DNA of 64,000 bases from Octopus vulgaris. Taxonomy: Eukaryota. Within the stretch, counting starts at the first letter, position 1, and each line of letters opens with the position of its first letter. The notes under the pieces were generated by a model. The model searched no databases and was not told the origin of the DNA. It saw only the letters and a list, made by a program, of their open reading frames with translations. The position numbers and the translations under genes are program-made. Positions 1-13,091 of this stretch are shown in pieces. The DNA is taken from the NCBI GenBank assembly GCA_951406725.2, contig OX597815.1, positions 4,650,001-4,714,000 on the forward strand, given 5' to 3'.

Positions 1-162
1 AAAATAGTAAACCATCAAATGCCTTCACATCTAAAATACTGAAATTAATTATAGTTTGCAGCCCAGAAAGAGAAGGATAAGAATAAGGACAACAACGATG
101 ATTGCTAATTTGAAATTAGGTTAAGAAATGTCAGCTGAATCATTAATTTTGATGTGAGTCAC

Positions 163-217
<55 letters not shown>

Positions 218-549
218 CAAGAAAAGCTTTTAAACACTCTTCTAAATAATTTCCATGTTTCTGCTTAACATAGAAATACAATAAATCCTGTTAATATAAT
301 AAAAATTTAGCCGTCTTTTAAATTTTAAAATGTCTATTCAACTTTATCTAATTCTGTCCTCTCAAACATGCCTGAGAAGCCGTAGTAGGTCAATGGAGTT
401 GCAGGTAAAGTCACTCCTCTAGAAATATATATACATATCAGAATATATATTAGGTCAGTACATATGTAGAGCATTTGAAGGCCACCTGCTTGATAGACAT
501 TTATTTATTTATTTAATTTATTTTATTTTATTTAACTTTATTACACAAT

Positions 550-789
550 AGGCGTAAGAGTGGCTGTGTGGTAAGTAGCTTGGTTACAAACCACATGGTT
601 CCTGGTTCAGTCCCACTGCGTGGCACCTTGGGCAAGTGTCTTCTACTATAGCCTCGGGCCGACCAAAGCCTTGTGAGTGGATTTGGTAGACGGAAACAGA
701 AAGAAGCCAGTCGTGAGCGCCATACTAATACAATTGTTTGTTTGTATTCCACCTGCCTTCGTCTTTTGTCTATTTTCATAAAGCTTCCC

Positions 790-874
<85 letters not shown>

Positions 875-1090
875 TTGTGTGTCTGTATTCCCCCCCCACC
901 ATCGCTTGACAACCGGTGGGGGGGGGGGTGTTAATGTTCCCCTGTCACTTAGCGGTTCGGCAAAAGAGACTGATAGAATAAGTACTGGGCTTACAAAGAA
1001 TAAGTCCTGGGTTCGATTTGCTCGACTAAAGGCCGGTGCTCCAGCATGGCCACAGTCAAATGACTGAAACAAGTAAAAGGAAAAGGAAAG
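550..1090 (+). mobile_element. tRNA-derived CORE-like SINE (major family A)
   Basis: Head with TGGCTGTGTGG / GGTTCAGTCC Pol III boxes, CORE-like CCTTGGGCAAGTG, central (TA)n(TG)n, tail GACTGAAACAAGTAAAAG. Confidence 0.85.
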
Positions 1091-4000
1091 GAAAGGAATG
1101 TCTTACACAGCAATACATCACCACTGTTACCTTTCAAATACTACTTCAGAGAGAAGAACCGTGCACTCTGTCCCTCTTCCTTTTCTGCAGAGAAACTCTC
1201 CTTACAAATTTGCATGTCTGCCCTCTCCTCAACCACCGTTTCATTTTCATTTCCCATGCTGACAATTAAAGTGGACTTTCATTCCCATGCTGGCAATGAA
1301 AGTGGCAATGAAAGACTGCCCTTCCTAACGCCAACCACTCTGAGAGTGTAGTGGGTGTTTTTTACATGCCACTGACCTGACACCAGCATCAGCCATGACT
1401 ATGGTCTCACTTGGCTTCACAGCTCAACACAAGCATGGTATATCACCAAGGGTCTCGGTCACCTATCACTGCCACCATGAGGCCCAACACTTGAACACTG
1501 CATTTTAGGTGCCAGTCAGACGGCACTGGTATTGGCCACTAGCTGCATCAGAGAATTACATCTCTGATATTTGCTTATAACTGGATGACCATTCCTAACA
1601 CTGACCACTGGTGTTGTTGTTTTTTGTTTTTTCTTGTAGCACCATTACTAGAAAGGTTGTTATGCATTTGCCCAGGCTAAACGGGCCTCTTGATCCCAAC
1701 ACTTAACTAGGTGCATCTTATAGTAGCACCAGCATTACGGGGGTATTGGAGTGGGGGTGAGAACCTGGTGACCAGCAATAAATAATGAGAGAATATATAA
1801 TATGGATGTTTGCACCAAACAGTGAAGCGAGGAATAGAACGAGGACCATGCATGTATCTCAAGAGAGCTAGTAGGGTGATAAGGAAGTGAGAATGGGGTA
1901 GGTGGAATGCTGGTGAAAGGGCCAGATAGCATCTCTGGCATTACTGAAACAATGAGTATGATAGGCCAAATTTTTGCAAAGGAGAATTTGAAGCCATGTT
2001 GTTCATGCTTTTCTCAAAAGCATAAGAGCATGAGCGAGAGGGCTTCAATGGCACTTGCTCCTCTGAAGAGGCTAGTTTCATACCTTCTCAATTCAGGCCA
2101 TACTGGCACATCTGTCTTACCCTGATGTTACTCTCATCATTATCATCATCACCATTATCGTTTAATATCCACTTTCTATGCTGGCATGGGTTGGATGGTT
2201 TGACTGAAAACTGGTAAGCCAAGGGGGCTGCACCAGGTTCCAATCTGATTTGGCAAGGTTTCTATGACTGGGTGCCCTTCCTAACGCCAACCACTCTGAG
2301 AGTGTAGTGGGTGTTTTTTACATGCTATTGACCCGACACCAGCATTTGCCATGACTACCGTCTCACTTCACAGCTCAACACAAGCATGGTATATCACCAA
2401 GGGTCTCGGTCACCTGTCACTGCCTCCATGAGGCCCAACACTTGAACACTGCATTTTAGGTGCCAGTCAGACGGCACTGGTATTGGCCACAACTACGGTT
2501 TCACTCGGTCCGACAGGTCTTCACAAGCACAGCATATCGCCCAATGATTGAAGGGGTGCTTTTAACGGGTCAGTTGCAGGACACTGGCATTGGCCATGAC
2601 TACGATCTCCTCCATAGAAATCTCCACTATGTCTAATGGTCCTTTCACAGGAAAATCAACAACTTTCTGGGAATTCCTTGTTCCTCCTACAATCATTAAC
2701 TCACAGATACTCAAGCTGAGTACAAACCACATCAATCTTGCAAGTCTTGGGGGCCTTGTAAAAGCCATAGCCCTGTCCCTTTTACCAACAAAGCCATATT
2801 TAAGAAGAAAAAAACAAAAAAGATCAAACCAACAACACATTACATTATGGTGTCATGAAGTCACACAAACAATATAATGTCACTTGGATGTAGAAGAATT
2901 TGGAATTAAAAAGTTAATTGAAATCATACTCAACAACAAAAAAAAGAAAGAGATTCATAGGACCCCCTCCCCAAATGGTAATTAGTTTTTTTAAAAACAA
3001 TTCAAATACAATAGTTCACGTGAGTGGCAGTCATTAACGAAGTGATTCCCAAATGGTATGCAGCAAAGCATATCTCAGTCCACCACATCGTTTTAAAATC
3101 TTCATTTTGAATCATCATCATCATCATCGTTTAATGTCTGCCTTCCATGCTGGCATGGGTTGGACAGTTCAACTGGGGTCTGTAAAGCCAGAAGGCTGCA
3201 CCAGGCCCAGTCTGATCTGGCAGTGTTTCTACGGCTGGATGCCCTTCCTAACGCCAACCACTCCGTGAGTGTAGTGGGTGCTTTTTACGTGCCACCATCA
3301 TCGTTTAATGTCTGCCTTCCATGCTGGCATGGGTTGGATGATTTGACTGAGGTCTTGAGAGCCAGTGGCTGCACCAGGCTCCAGTCTGATCTGGCAGTGT
3401 TTCTACAGCTGGATGCCCTTCCTAACGCCAACCACTCCATGAGTGTAGTGGGTGCTTTTTACGTGCCACCATCATCGTTTAATGTCTGCCTTCCATGCTG
3501 CCATGGGTAGGAATGTTTGACACAGGGGCTGGCCAAGCAGAAGCCGGCACCAGACTTCTGAGACTGTTTTGGCAGCGGGATTTCTGCAGCTGGATGCCCA
3601 TCTTAACACCAACCACTCGGCAGAGTGGGCTTAGTGCTTTTCATGTGATACAAGCACAGGTGAGGTCAGTTTTGGCAAGGTTTTTAAAGCTGGATGCCCT
3701 TCCAAATGTCAACCACTTTACAGTGTGGACTGGATGCTTTTTAAGTGGCCCCTGCACTGACTGGGTCACCAAGTACCTTGCAAGACAACAAGAATCTTTT
3801 GAGAAGGGAGGGACATTGGAGGAGGGAATCTTGTGTCAGGTGATGAAAGGTTATAGTGAGGCAGAAACAGGTCCCTTGCTGTAGAGGAGGTACATGGTTA
3901 CCCGGATGGGGGTGGGGAGAGATCAGGGATGAAGATAAATCAGTGTGCTGCCTACATGGTTACCCAACCTGAGGGAAGTGCAGGAGAAGGAGAGAGAGAG

Positions 4001-4319
4001 AGAGAGAAGGGGGGAGAGAGAGAGAAGGGGGAGAGAGAGAGAGACAGAGGGGGAGAGCAAGATAGAGATGGTGGTAAAATGCCAGGCATACTTAATTTAA
4101 TTGTAAGGAAACAAAGAAAAACAGGGTGGGGTGGGGATTAAGCAGCAGAAGCTGGGGGTAGGAGGTACACCCCCAGAACAAATGGAGTGTTTAGCTGCAT
4201 CCTGTGGACATGGCTGTGATGGTGTTGCTATGGAGAATGTCTAGCAAAACTTGCTACAGCAGCCACCCCATCTCATGGGACTCCTTTCTCAGAGAGGTTG
4301 CAGTTTTCCTCCTCATTCA

Positions 4320-4723
4320 ACATCATCATCGTTCGACCGTGGTCGAGACAATGGGATTTACTATGTTACGCCAGACCTCACGGTCCATCATAGCATTACG
4401 GAGGTCCTGTTGCTGGATGCCTGTATCCCTGGAGATTACATCAGGGTAGGAGAGTGTGCGCCCTCTGGTATCGCGAGCAGATGGCTTCCAGACGAGAAGA
4501 GTAGAAATTACCTCGTTTTCAGCTCTACAACAATGTCCAGCAAACCTTTCACAAGAGATGATACAGGTGGTAATTTCCCATATATTTGTACTTTGGTTGG
4601 GTGAGGCTTCCACGAGAGATGTTGAGCTCTCATAAGGAGGCGAGTGTAAGTTCCATCCAACAGCCTCTCAAGCTTCTTTGATAACGTCCAGGTTTCTGAG
4701 CCATAGAGTACAATTGGTTCAAC
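4320..4723 (-). mobile_element. RTE-clade LINE, 5'-truncated 3' end
   Basis: Translates to VEPIVLYGSETWTLSKKLERLLDGTYTRLLMRA and FAGHCCRAENEVISTLLVWKP...AMMDREVWRNIV, followed by a (GAT)n tail. Confidence 0.85.
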
Positions 4724-4752
4724 AATTCAACTGATTGTGTTAATTGTGTTAA

Positions 4753-4912
4753 TCTCTCTCTATATAAACGGCAGTTTGTCTGTGCGTGTTTCTGTGTGTC
4801 TGTTTGCTTGTACCCTCACCCATTTTTTTGCTATTTTTTGGCTATAACTCTCTAAAAATGCTTTATAGTTATTTCCCTTACAAACCTGAGCAACGCCGGG
4901 CGATACTGCTAG
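4753..4912 (+). mobile_element. Non-autonomous Helitron (internally deleted)
   Basis: A^TC...GAGCAACGCCGGGCGATACTGCTAG^T; 5' TC, 3' CTAG, subterminal GC hairpin, no TSD. Confidence 0.8.
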
Positions 4913-4986
4913 TTACAAATAAAATACAAACAATATAAAGAGGAATTACTTTAATGGTGACCAAATAAAAATGTATCAAAACTTAC

Positions 4987-5046
4987 CCAAAGAGATAAAT
5001 TCACTCGTTTGCCACCAATGTTGATTTTTTTATTTAGACAAGAGGC
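4987..5046 (-). CDS. RAB21: Rab-21 coding exon 2 (60 bp)
   Basis: Reverse strand reads ttttatttaatag|GCCTCTTGT...TCTCTTTGG|gtaagt and encodes ASCLNKKINIGGKRVNLSLW, in frame with exon 1 (human ASFLTKKLNIGGKRVNLAIW). Exon 3 (DTAGQE...) was not seen and probably lies left of the window. Confidence 0.94.
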
Positions 5047-5699
5047 CTATTAAATAAAAAGAGAAAAGGGAAAAAAAAAGAGATTATATAGCTTCAACTG
5101 AATCTAAACAAATGGTTGTAGATCTGATATATATATTTTTATTAACACAATGGCTGTCACACAAGTTTGAGCATGTATAAAACATTAAATCTTAAAATCA
5201 GATGGAGATGAAATTCTTGTTTGTTTAACACGTTGGTTCCCACACGTCCTGCCAGTGGGTCATGGTGGTCTGTTAGTGAGTCCTGCACAACCCACCAGCA
5301 GGTCGTTTTTTAATTTCTTTCCTAAGGGCTTTCTAAGAGCTGGAATGCTCCGATTGCTTTGGTTTGTGCTTTTGTTACACTAAGAGAACAATTTTTAAGA
5401 CTGAGTATTGAGAAAAATTTATTTGTCAATGAAACAAAAATAATTCATTTTGAAAAAAAATTGGTAAATTTTCCAATAGAAACAGAAGGGAATGAAAAAT
5501 ATTTTACTTGCCATGGAAACCAAAATAGTTCTTTTTGAAAAGATTTTGAGATCTTCCAAAAGGAAAAAAAAACCCCAAATTTTTAATTGACCATGGGTAG
5601 GTTGTGTGATATCTAGGATGTGATATGAACCACATAACCCTCTGGTGGGACATGGGTATCTAATGCTACCTTTCTGACCCTTGTTTCACATGTGGTATA

Positions 5700-6020
5700 T
5701 CATCATCATCGTTTAACGTCCGTTTTCCGTGCTAGCATGGGTTGGACGGTTCGACCGGGGTCTGGGAAGCCAGGAGGCTGCACCAGGCTCCAATCTGATC
5801 TGGCAGTGTTTCTACAGCTGGATGCCCTTCCTAACGCCAACCACTCCGCGAGTGTAGTGGGTGCTTTTTACATGCCACCTGCACAGGTGCCGGGGGGGGA
5901 GGTCTGGCATCGGCCACGATCGGTTGGTGCTTTTAACGTGCCACCGGCACGGAAGCCAGCCAAGGCGGCGCTGGCATCGGCCACGTTTGGATGGTGCTTT
6001 TTATGTCCCACCGGCACAGA
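5700..6020 (-). mobile_element. RTE 3' UTR-derived repeat
   Basis: (CAT)nCGTTTAACGTCCGTTTTCC...CTGGATGCCCTTCCTAACGCCAACCACTC family. Confidence 0.85.
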
Positions 6021-6039
6021 AGCCTTGGATCATAGGGCA

Positions 6040-6398
6040 AGCTGCTGTGCTTGAGGAGACCTATTGAGTCAAGTACATCAACATCGAATAAAACACAAAT
6101 AGAAATTGTAGTTGTGATACCTATGCCAGCACCACCTTGACTGGCTTCTGTGCCAATGGCATGTAAAAAGCACCAACCGATTGTGGCCATTGCCAGCCTC
6201 CCCTGACACCTGTTCCGGTGGCACGTAAAAAGCACCCACTACACTCACGGAGTGGTTGGCATTAGGAAGGGCATCCAGCTGTAGAAACACTGCCAGATCA
6301 GACTGGAGCCTGGTGCAGCCTCCTGGCTTCCCAGACCCCGTTCGAACCGTCCAACCCATGCTAGCATGGAAAACGGATGTTAAATGGTGATGATGATG
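6040..6398 (+). mobile_element. RTE 3' UTR-derived repeat, inverted relative to 5700-6020
   Basis: Reverse complement of the neighbouring copy; (GAT)n tail. Confidence 0.85.
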
Positions 6399-7094
6399 CT
6401 GATATATATATATATATATCCCTTGTATGCTCTAGCACAAAACCCATGTACAAGTATACACACATACACAACAGCATTTGATCAAATTTCTCCTGCTTGC
6501 TTTAGTTGAAGTATTATCTACTGGAAAATTAACACTTCTATGTGTAATTTAATTCTCAGTCAACTATCAAACAAGATCATCTTTTTGGCCTTTTTTCTTC
6601 TCTCACTCTCAAAATCTCCAGCACAACTTCACATTTACCATCCTAACCATCAAGACTTCCTGTACTCGGCAACATGCTCCACCTTTTATCTACAACAATG
6701 TTTTTATAAATCACCTGACCCCGTTCCCCCCCTCCCCGAATCCTTTAACTGAAGCAAATTACACCAATTCATTTCTTGCTTATATTCTGTTTTTTATTAG
6801 CTAGCCAAGAATGAGCAGACCTGGAGGCCTTATCTGGGTTTTCAGACTGGAGTGGGTGTATGTGTAGGGGTGAGATTGATAACGTAAGTTGGGTGACAAG
6901 TCCAACATGGATTGTGGCAACTTAGATTCGTGTACCAGTCACAGAAATCTGTTACACAATAAACCAAATTTTAAAACGTATTGCAGCAGAGGTTAATAAT
7001 TAAAAACTGGTAAACACATTTAATACATTTTTATATGAAGATCAACCCATGCCAGCATGGAAAGCGGATGCTAAACGATGATGATATATATATA

Positions 7095-7725
7095 TGTATT
7101 GGAACTTACATACCATGTACAGGAAACATTTTTACCACTTTACTCGAATAATGGAACTGCAACTACAATATTTTATATGTTTTTTATACTCTGATTCTCT
7201 TATTTCAGACTCAAACATTTACCTCTCTCACATCGTCTCAGACAAAGGGATACTCTTTACTCTCTTTTACTTGTTTCAGTCATTTGACTGCGGCCATGCT
7301 GGAGCACCGCCTTTAATCGAGCAACTCGACCCCAGGACTTATTCTTTTGTAAGCCCAGTACTTATTCTATCGGTCTCTTTTGCCGAACCGCTAAGTTACG
7401 GGGACATAAACACACCAGCATCGGTTGTCAAGCAATGCTAGGGGACACACACAAACACACATATACATATATACGACGGGCTTCTTTCAGTTTCCGTCTA
7501 CCAAATCCACTCACAAGGCTTTGGTCGGCCCGAGGTTATAGTAGAAGACACTTGCCCAAGGTGCCACGCAGTGGGACTGAACCCGGAACCATGTGGCTGG
7601 TTAGCAAGCTACTTACCACACAGCCACTCCTGCGATATCCATAATATCCCAGAAACAGCTGTAAGACTATATCTCTTCCTTATAAATGTCCTGAAAACTC
7701 CTCACAGCCTTGGCTTTGTTATTTG

Positions 7726-7730
<5 letters not shown>
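7095..7730 (+). mobile_element. Penelope-like pLTR/retrozyme fragment, hammerhead split by a SINE
   Basis: 5' half cgtct-CAGACAA-AGGGATA (7234-7252) and 3' half GATATCCATAATATCCCA-GAAA-CAGCTG-TA-AGAC (7634-7667) flank a SINE. Flanked by (TA)n. Confidence 0.6.
7252..7634 (-). mobile_element. SINE family A, full length
   Basis: Reverse complement of the family consensus; apparent GATA duplication at the ends. Confidence 0.85.
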
Positions 7731-7779
<49 letters not shown>

Positions 7780-8017
7780 ATTAATATAAACAGTAGTTTG
7801 TAATGTTTCACTGAAAAGGAGAATAAGAAGTGTCACTAGATGTGACTAGGGTGTTAGGGGACACCTACATTGCTAGAAATAAAAGCCAAAATGCGCTAAT
7901 CTGTAATCAACACACATAAATGTAAACAAATACATTCATGTGGCACAAGCACAGGTGAGGTCAGCATTGCTGGATTTTACAGCTTCATTTGAAAAATGCC
8001 AATCGAGAATATATATA

Positions 8018-8442
8018 TCTCTCTTTTCTCTCTTTTACTCTTTTATTTGTTTCAGTCATTTGACTGTGGCCATGCTGGAGCACCGCCTTTAATCGAGCAA
8101 CTCGACCCCGGGACTTATTCTTTTGTAAGCCCAGTACTTATTCTATCGGTCTCTTTTTGCCGAACCGCTAAGTGACGGGGACGTAAACACACCAGCATTG
8201 GTTGTCAAGCAATGCTAGGGGGACAAACACAGACATACAAACACACACACACACACACGCATATACATATATACATATATACGACGGGCTTCTTTCAGTT
8301 TCTGTCTACCAAATCCACTCACAAGGCATTGGTCGGCCCGGGGCTATAGCAGAAGACACTTGCCCAAGATGTTACGCAGTGGGACTGAACCCGGAACCAT
8401 GTGGTTGGTTAGCAAGCTACTTACCACACAGCCACTCCTGCG

Positions 8443-8445
<3 letters not shown>
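8018..8445 (-). mobile_element. SINE family A, full length
   Basis: Family consensus on the reverse strand. Confidence 0.85.
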
Positions 8446-8482
<37 letters not shown>

Positions 8483-8483
<1 letters not shown>

Positions 8484-8846
8484 TGGAGGCTCAATGGCCC
8501 AGTGGGTAGGGTAGCGGTCTTGTGGTTTCGATTCCCAGACTGGGCGTTGTGTTTATTGAACGAAAACACCTAAATCTCCACGAGGCTCCAGCAGGGGGTT
8601 GTGGCGAACCCTGCTGTACTCTTTCACCACAGCTTTCTCTCACTCTTTCTTCCTGTTTCTGTTGCACCTGTATTTCAAAGGGCCAGACTTGTCACACTCT
8701 GTGTCATGCTGAATCTCCCCTGAGAACTACGTTAAGGGTACACGTGTCTGTGGAGTGCTCAGCCTCTTGCATGTTAATTTCATGAGCAGGCTGTTCCGTT
8801 GATCGGATCAACTGGAACCCTTGTTGTCGTAACCGACTGAGTGCCA
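8483..8846 (+). mobile_element. tRNA-derived SINE (family D)
   Basis: A box TGGCCCAGTGG, B box GTTTCGATTCC; tail shared with 26830-27135. Confidence 0.7.
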
Positions 8847-9151
8847 TGCATATATCATCGTCATCATATATACATAATTATGATTCAGTTAAATTAGGTA
8901 CTTAAATTAAGGCACCTTGCTAGTCTCATATAGCCCGTACACCTCAACAATATTATTTGAATATTGAATATATGTACCTAATATTCCTGTTGTATTGGTC
9001 CTTCCAGACATGTACTTCTTATATAAAGGTACTTCCTATAGTATTTCTGAAGTGCAATTTCAAAGTCAGGTGAACAAAATATAAATACAGCTGTCACGGA
9101 TACAACAATAGGAAAGAATGTAAATAATTTGGTTTCTATTATTGATGTAAA

Positions 9152-9553
9152 TCTTTATATATAAAAGTGAAGTTCTGTGTCTGTCTCCTACGATTTAGAT
9201 TCCTAACTACTCCCACATTTTGCGGTGCAGTTTAACCAAAACCGGGTATCTTATAGTCGTGATTCATATCGAGCCCTTCTGGGTATTAGCGCGAGTCTAC
9301 GATGAGTCTACGATTTAAAAAAAAATTTACCATCATTTTCCCCCATTTTTAATGCATTTTTTTTCGATATTATATAAGGGAAGTAACTCTCTAAAAATGT
9401 CTACGATGAGTCAACGATTTAAAAAAAAAATTTACCATCATTTTTTCCCCTTTTTTAATGCATTTTTTTGCTATTTTTTGGCTATAACTCTCTAAAAATG
9501 CTTATATAGTTATTTCCCTTACAAACCCGAGCAACGCCGGGCGATACTGCTAG
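9152..9553 (+). mobile_element. Non-autonomous Helitron
   Basis: A^TCTTTATATATAAAAG ... CCCGAGCAACGCCGGGCGATACTGCTAG^T, with an internal ~105-bp duplication. Confidence 0.85.
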
Positions 9554-10088
9554 TTTATTTATAAAGATGGTTTATCCTTCATGTTAGTTTGATGCCCGTG
9601 ATGCATGTTTTCTGCTATTTTTCAACCTTCCACCTTTTACGTCTATTTTCTTCTTGCTTCTTCTCATAATTCTGTCATCCTGTTTTAGCTGGTTATGCCA
9701 TGTGGGTAGAGCCCGAGGATTGCATGAAGGCACCAGACGTGTTATAAAATGCTTATTGAGTTGCTTTCGTTGCATGAAACCATTAGTAGCTCATAAAAAA
9801 AATATATGGAGTGTTTATTAAGTAACATTTATCTTTCACCAGATGAGGCACTATTTTGTTGATCTTATCTTCATGGAAGAGTATACTATATATATATATA
9901 TATATATATCAACCGATAAGGGTGAGAAAATTGGGTACTAATTTAATAGCACATCCATTTACCACCAAGTGGCTTAGTGAATAAAAAACCCGGATTACGA
10001 CACATTTTATACATAAATATAAGAGAATGACCACTATGTGGTCTACTCTAGCACTAAAAATAGATCCGCGAGGTTTCAGCCACAAAAG

Positions 10089-10142
<54 letters not shown>

Positions 10143-10423
10143 GCATGATAATGGCAGGGTGAATAGTAAGTTTATTAAAGTAATTACTGTGATAAATCTA
10201 GTAATTTTCTAAGGAAAGAAAAAGAAATCAGAAGAAAAATGCTAGAAGGAGAATATGATCTGATACGCAGACAACTAGGCCACACACACACACACAATTT
10301 GTTTAAACTGATAATTAATGACAACATGTAACCAAAAGACCTTTGGTACTAGACACACTCAAACATATATAACACATAGCAGACATACACATGCATATTT
10401 TTATACAAAATATATATATATAT

Positions 10424-10589
10424 AGGCGCAGGAGTGGCTGTGTGGTAAGTAGCTTGCTTACCAACCACATGGTTCCGGGTTCAGTCCCACTGCGTGGCAT
10501 CTTGGGCAAGTGTCTTCTGCTATAGCCCCGGGGCCGACCAATGCCTTGTGAGTGGATTTGGTAGACAGAAACTGAAAGAAGCCTGTCGT

Positions 10590-10649
<60 letters not shown>

Positions 10650-10845
10650 GTGTGTCTGTGTTTGTCCCCCTGACATTGCTTGACAACCGATGCTGGTGTG
10701 TTTACGTCCCCGTCACTTAGCGGTTCGGCAAAAGAGACCGATAGAATAAGTACTGGGCTTACAAAGAATAAGTCCCGGGGTCGATTTGCTCGACTAAAGG
10801 TGGTGCTCCAGCATGACCGCAGTCAAATGACTGAAACAAGTAAAA
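10424..10845 (+). mobile_element. SINE family A, full length
   Basis: Family consensus. Other copies at about 11227-11483(-), 12668-13013(-), 16800-16953(+), 18496-18646(-), 20466-20780(+), 23762-23932(-), 39845-40060(-), 41087-41488(-), 42940-43160(-), 44805-44965(+), 46908-47212(-), 59568-59775(+) and 62160-62320(+). Confidence 0.85.
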
Positions 10846-10856
10846 TAGTATACACA

Positions 10857-10900
<44 letters not shown>

Positions 10901-11291
10901 TCATTATCATCATCGTTTAACATGCTCCTTCCGTGGTGGCCAGGCAGGAGCCTGTACCAGACTTCTGTGTGTGTTTTGGCAAGTTTTTTTCAGGGCTGGA
11001 TGCTCTTCCTAACACCAACCATTCCACAGAGTGGACTGAGTGTTTTTTTATGCAGCACAAGCACAGGTGAGGTCAGTTTTGGAATGTTTTTTTTTCTTTA
11101 CAGTTGGATGCCATTCCAAATGCCAACCACTTTACAGTGTGGACTGGATGCTTTTTAAGTGGCACAAGCAATGGCATCAAGTAATTTGCAAGAAAAGGAT
11201 GATGAAAGGTGAGACAGAAACAGGTGCTAAGTGACGGCGACGTAAACACACCAGCATCGGTTGCCAAGCAATGCTAGGGGGACAAACACAG

Positions 11292-11322
<31 letters not shown>

Positions 11323-11574
11323 CATATATACGACGGGCTTCTTTCAGTTTCCGTCTACCAAATCCACTCACAAGGCTTTGGTTGGCCCGAGGCTATGGTA
11401 GAAGACACTTGCCCAAGGTGCCACACAGTGGGACTGAACCCGGAACCATGTGGTTGGTAAGCAAGCTACTTACCACACAGCCACACACATACTTATACAC
11501 ATACAATCATATATATATATATAACTATACACATACTTATACACATACATACAATCATATATATATATATAGTT

Positions 11575-11925
11575 AAATAGTTCATCCAAGACTGGGACCA
11601 GGGGCCATACGTCCTCTGCCCAATTCAAGATCACAACATACATGTACACTGCAACATAATTTCTTTTCCTCAACAGGCCCTGCCCTATTTAACATCGTCT
11701 CGAGGGAGATCAAAGAGGAAAAGGATCCCATCAACTTTAAACGGAGTCTGGATAGATTCCTTCAAGGAATACCAGATAAGCCACCCATAATTGGATACAA
11801 CTCACCCAACAAGAACTCACTACTTGAACAAAACTTGACTTAAACAGGATTCGAATAATCCTATCAGGTGGTGCTATTAAGTTAGACATGGCCTGGACCA
11901 ATCTTTGGTCGAAACATATCTAAGT
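11575..11925 (+). mobile_element. CR1-group LINE 3' end
   Basis: HPRLGP...HNFFSSTGPALFNIVSREIKEEKDPINFKRSLDRFLQGIPDKPPIIGYNSPNKNSLLE, followed by a short UTR. Confidence 0.75.
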
Positions 11926-12375
11926 TATATGTATATATATACATACTTATACACATACATACATATACATGCACACAGACCCCCACCCCACCGATAGCTG
12001 TGTAAACTTCTGCAGAGATTTTGCTACAGATGTAGCACAGTCGACATCTGCCAATCTAAACCGAAAGCAAGTTGGTGAGCAATCAGCAGCGACGAAATAC
12101 CAAGTGATAAGTGTTGGAAGGAAGTGAAGGGGTGCCAGGGGTGGAAACTGCATGACCCCCGTGTATATCTGTGTACGACGTATGTGTGTGTGTGTGTACG
12201 TATGCAGGTCAGGTGATTAATGAGTAGCTTTTTGTTTTCTCTTCGGCACAATGGTTACTCATTTTCATAAAAAAAAGCATATTAAACTCCCATTGCAATT
12301 AAAAGAAGGAAACAGCAACCCAATAGTAACACTGACTAATACACGCTGTCGTATTATTATATTAATAATTAAGAC

Positions 12376-12439
<64 letters not shown>

Positions 12440-13091
12440 GAGAGAGACATATGTCAGCAGGCATCAGTGGGTCACACATGAAAAGCATTCCCCCTTCTAG
12501 TGTTCTACGTTTCTTTTTCACTCTGTATACAATGTTAGGAGTCCACAAAACAGCAGCCTCCCACACGTCTTCACTGATAAGCCGAGAAAGAGGTCTGCTA
12601 GAAATAACAACCAAATTCTGTAGAGTGTCACCGTACCACTTTTAAAAAGGAATGACATATTGGACAATATCTTTTATCTTTTACTTGTTTCAGTCTTTGG
12701 ACTGCAGCCATTCTGGAGCACCACCTTTTTTGGTATTTTTAACCTGGTGTATTTTCCATTGGTCTTTTTGCCAAACCGCTAAGTTACAAGAATGGAAACA
12801 CACTAACACCGGTTGTCAAGCTGTGGTGGGAGACAAACACAGACACATGCATATGACAGGCTTCTTTCAGTTTCCATCTGGAAAATCCACTCACAAAGCT
12901 TTGGTCAGCAGAAGGTTATAGTAGAAGACACTTGCCCAAGGTGCCATGCAGTGGGACTGAACTAGGAACCATATGGTGAGGAAGTAAACTTCTTACCACA
13001 CAGCCATGACTGCACAAAAAGGTCAAAGCTGGAAAACCTTTGATCAAAGATCTGCTGAATCAATGCTGGCCTGGACTTAAACAACAACAAA

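Noticed and set aside
2562-2877. ORFs as RAB21 exon 3
   Set aside because: No DTAGQE motif or Rab similarity in any frame I read.
9910-10090. Unique island between (TA)n tracts as another ribozyme element
   Set aside because: No CUGANGA core found on either strand; left unclassified.
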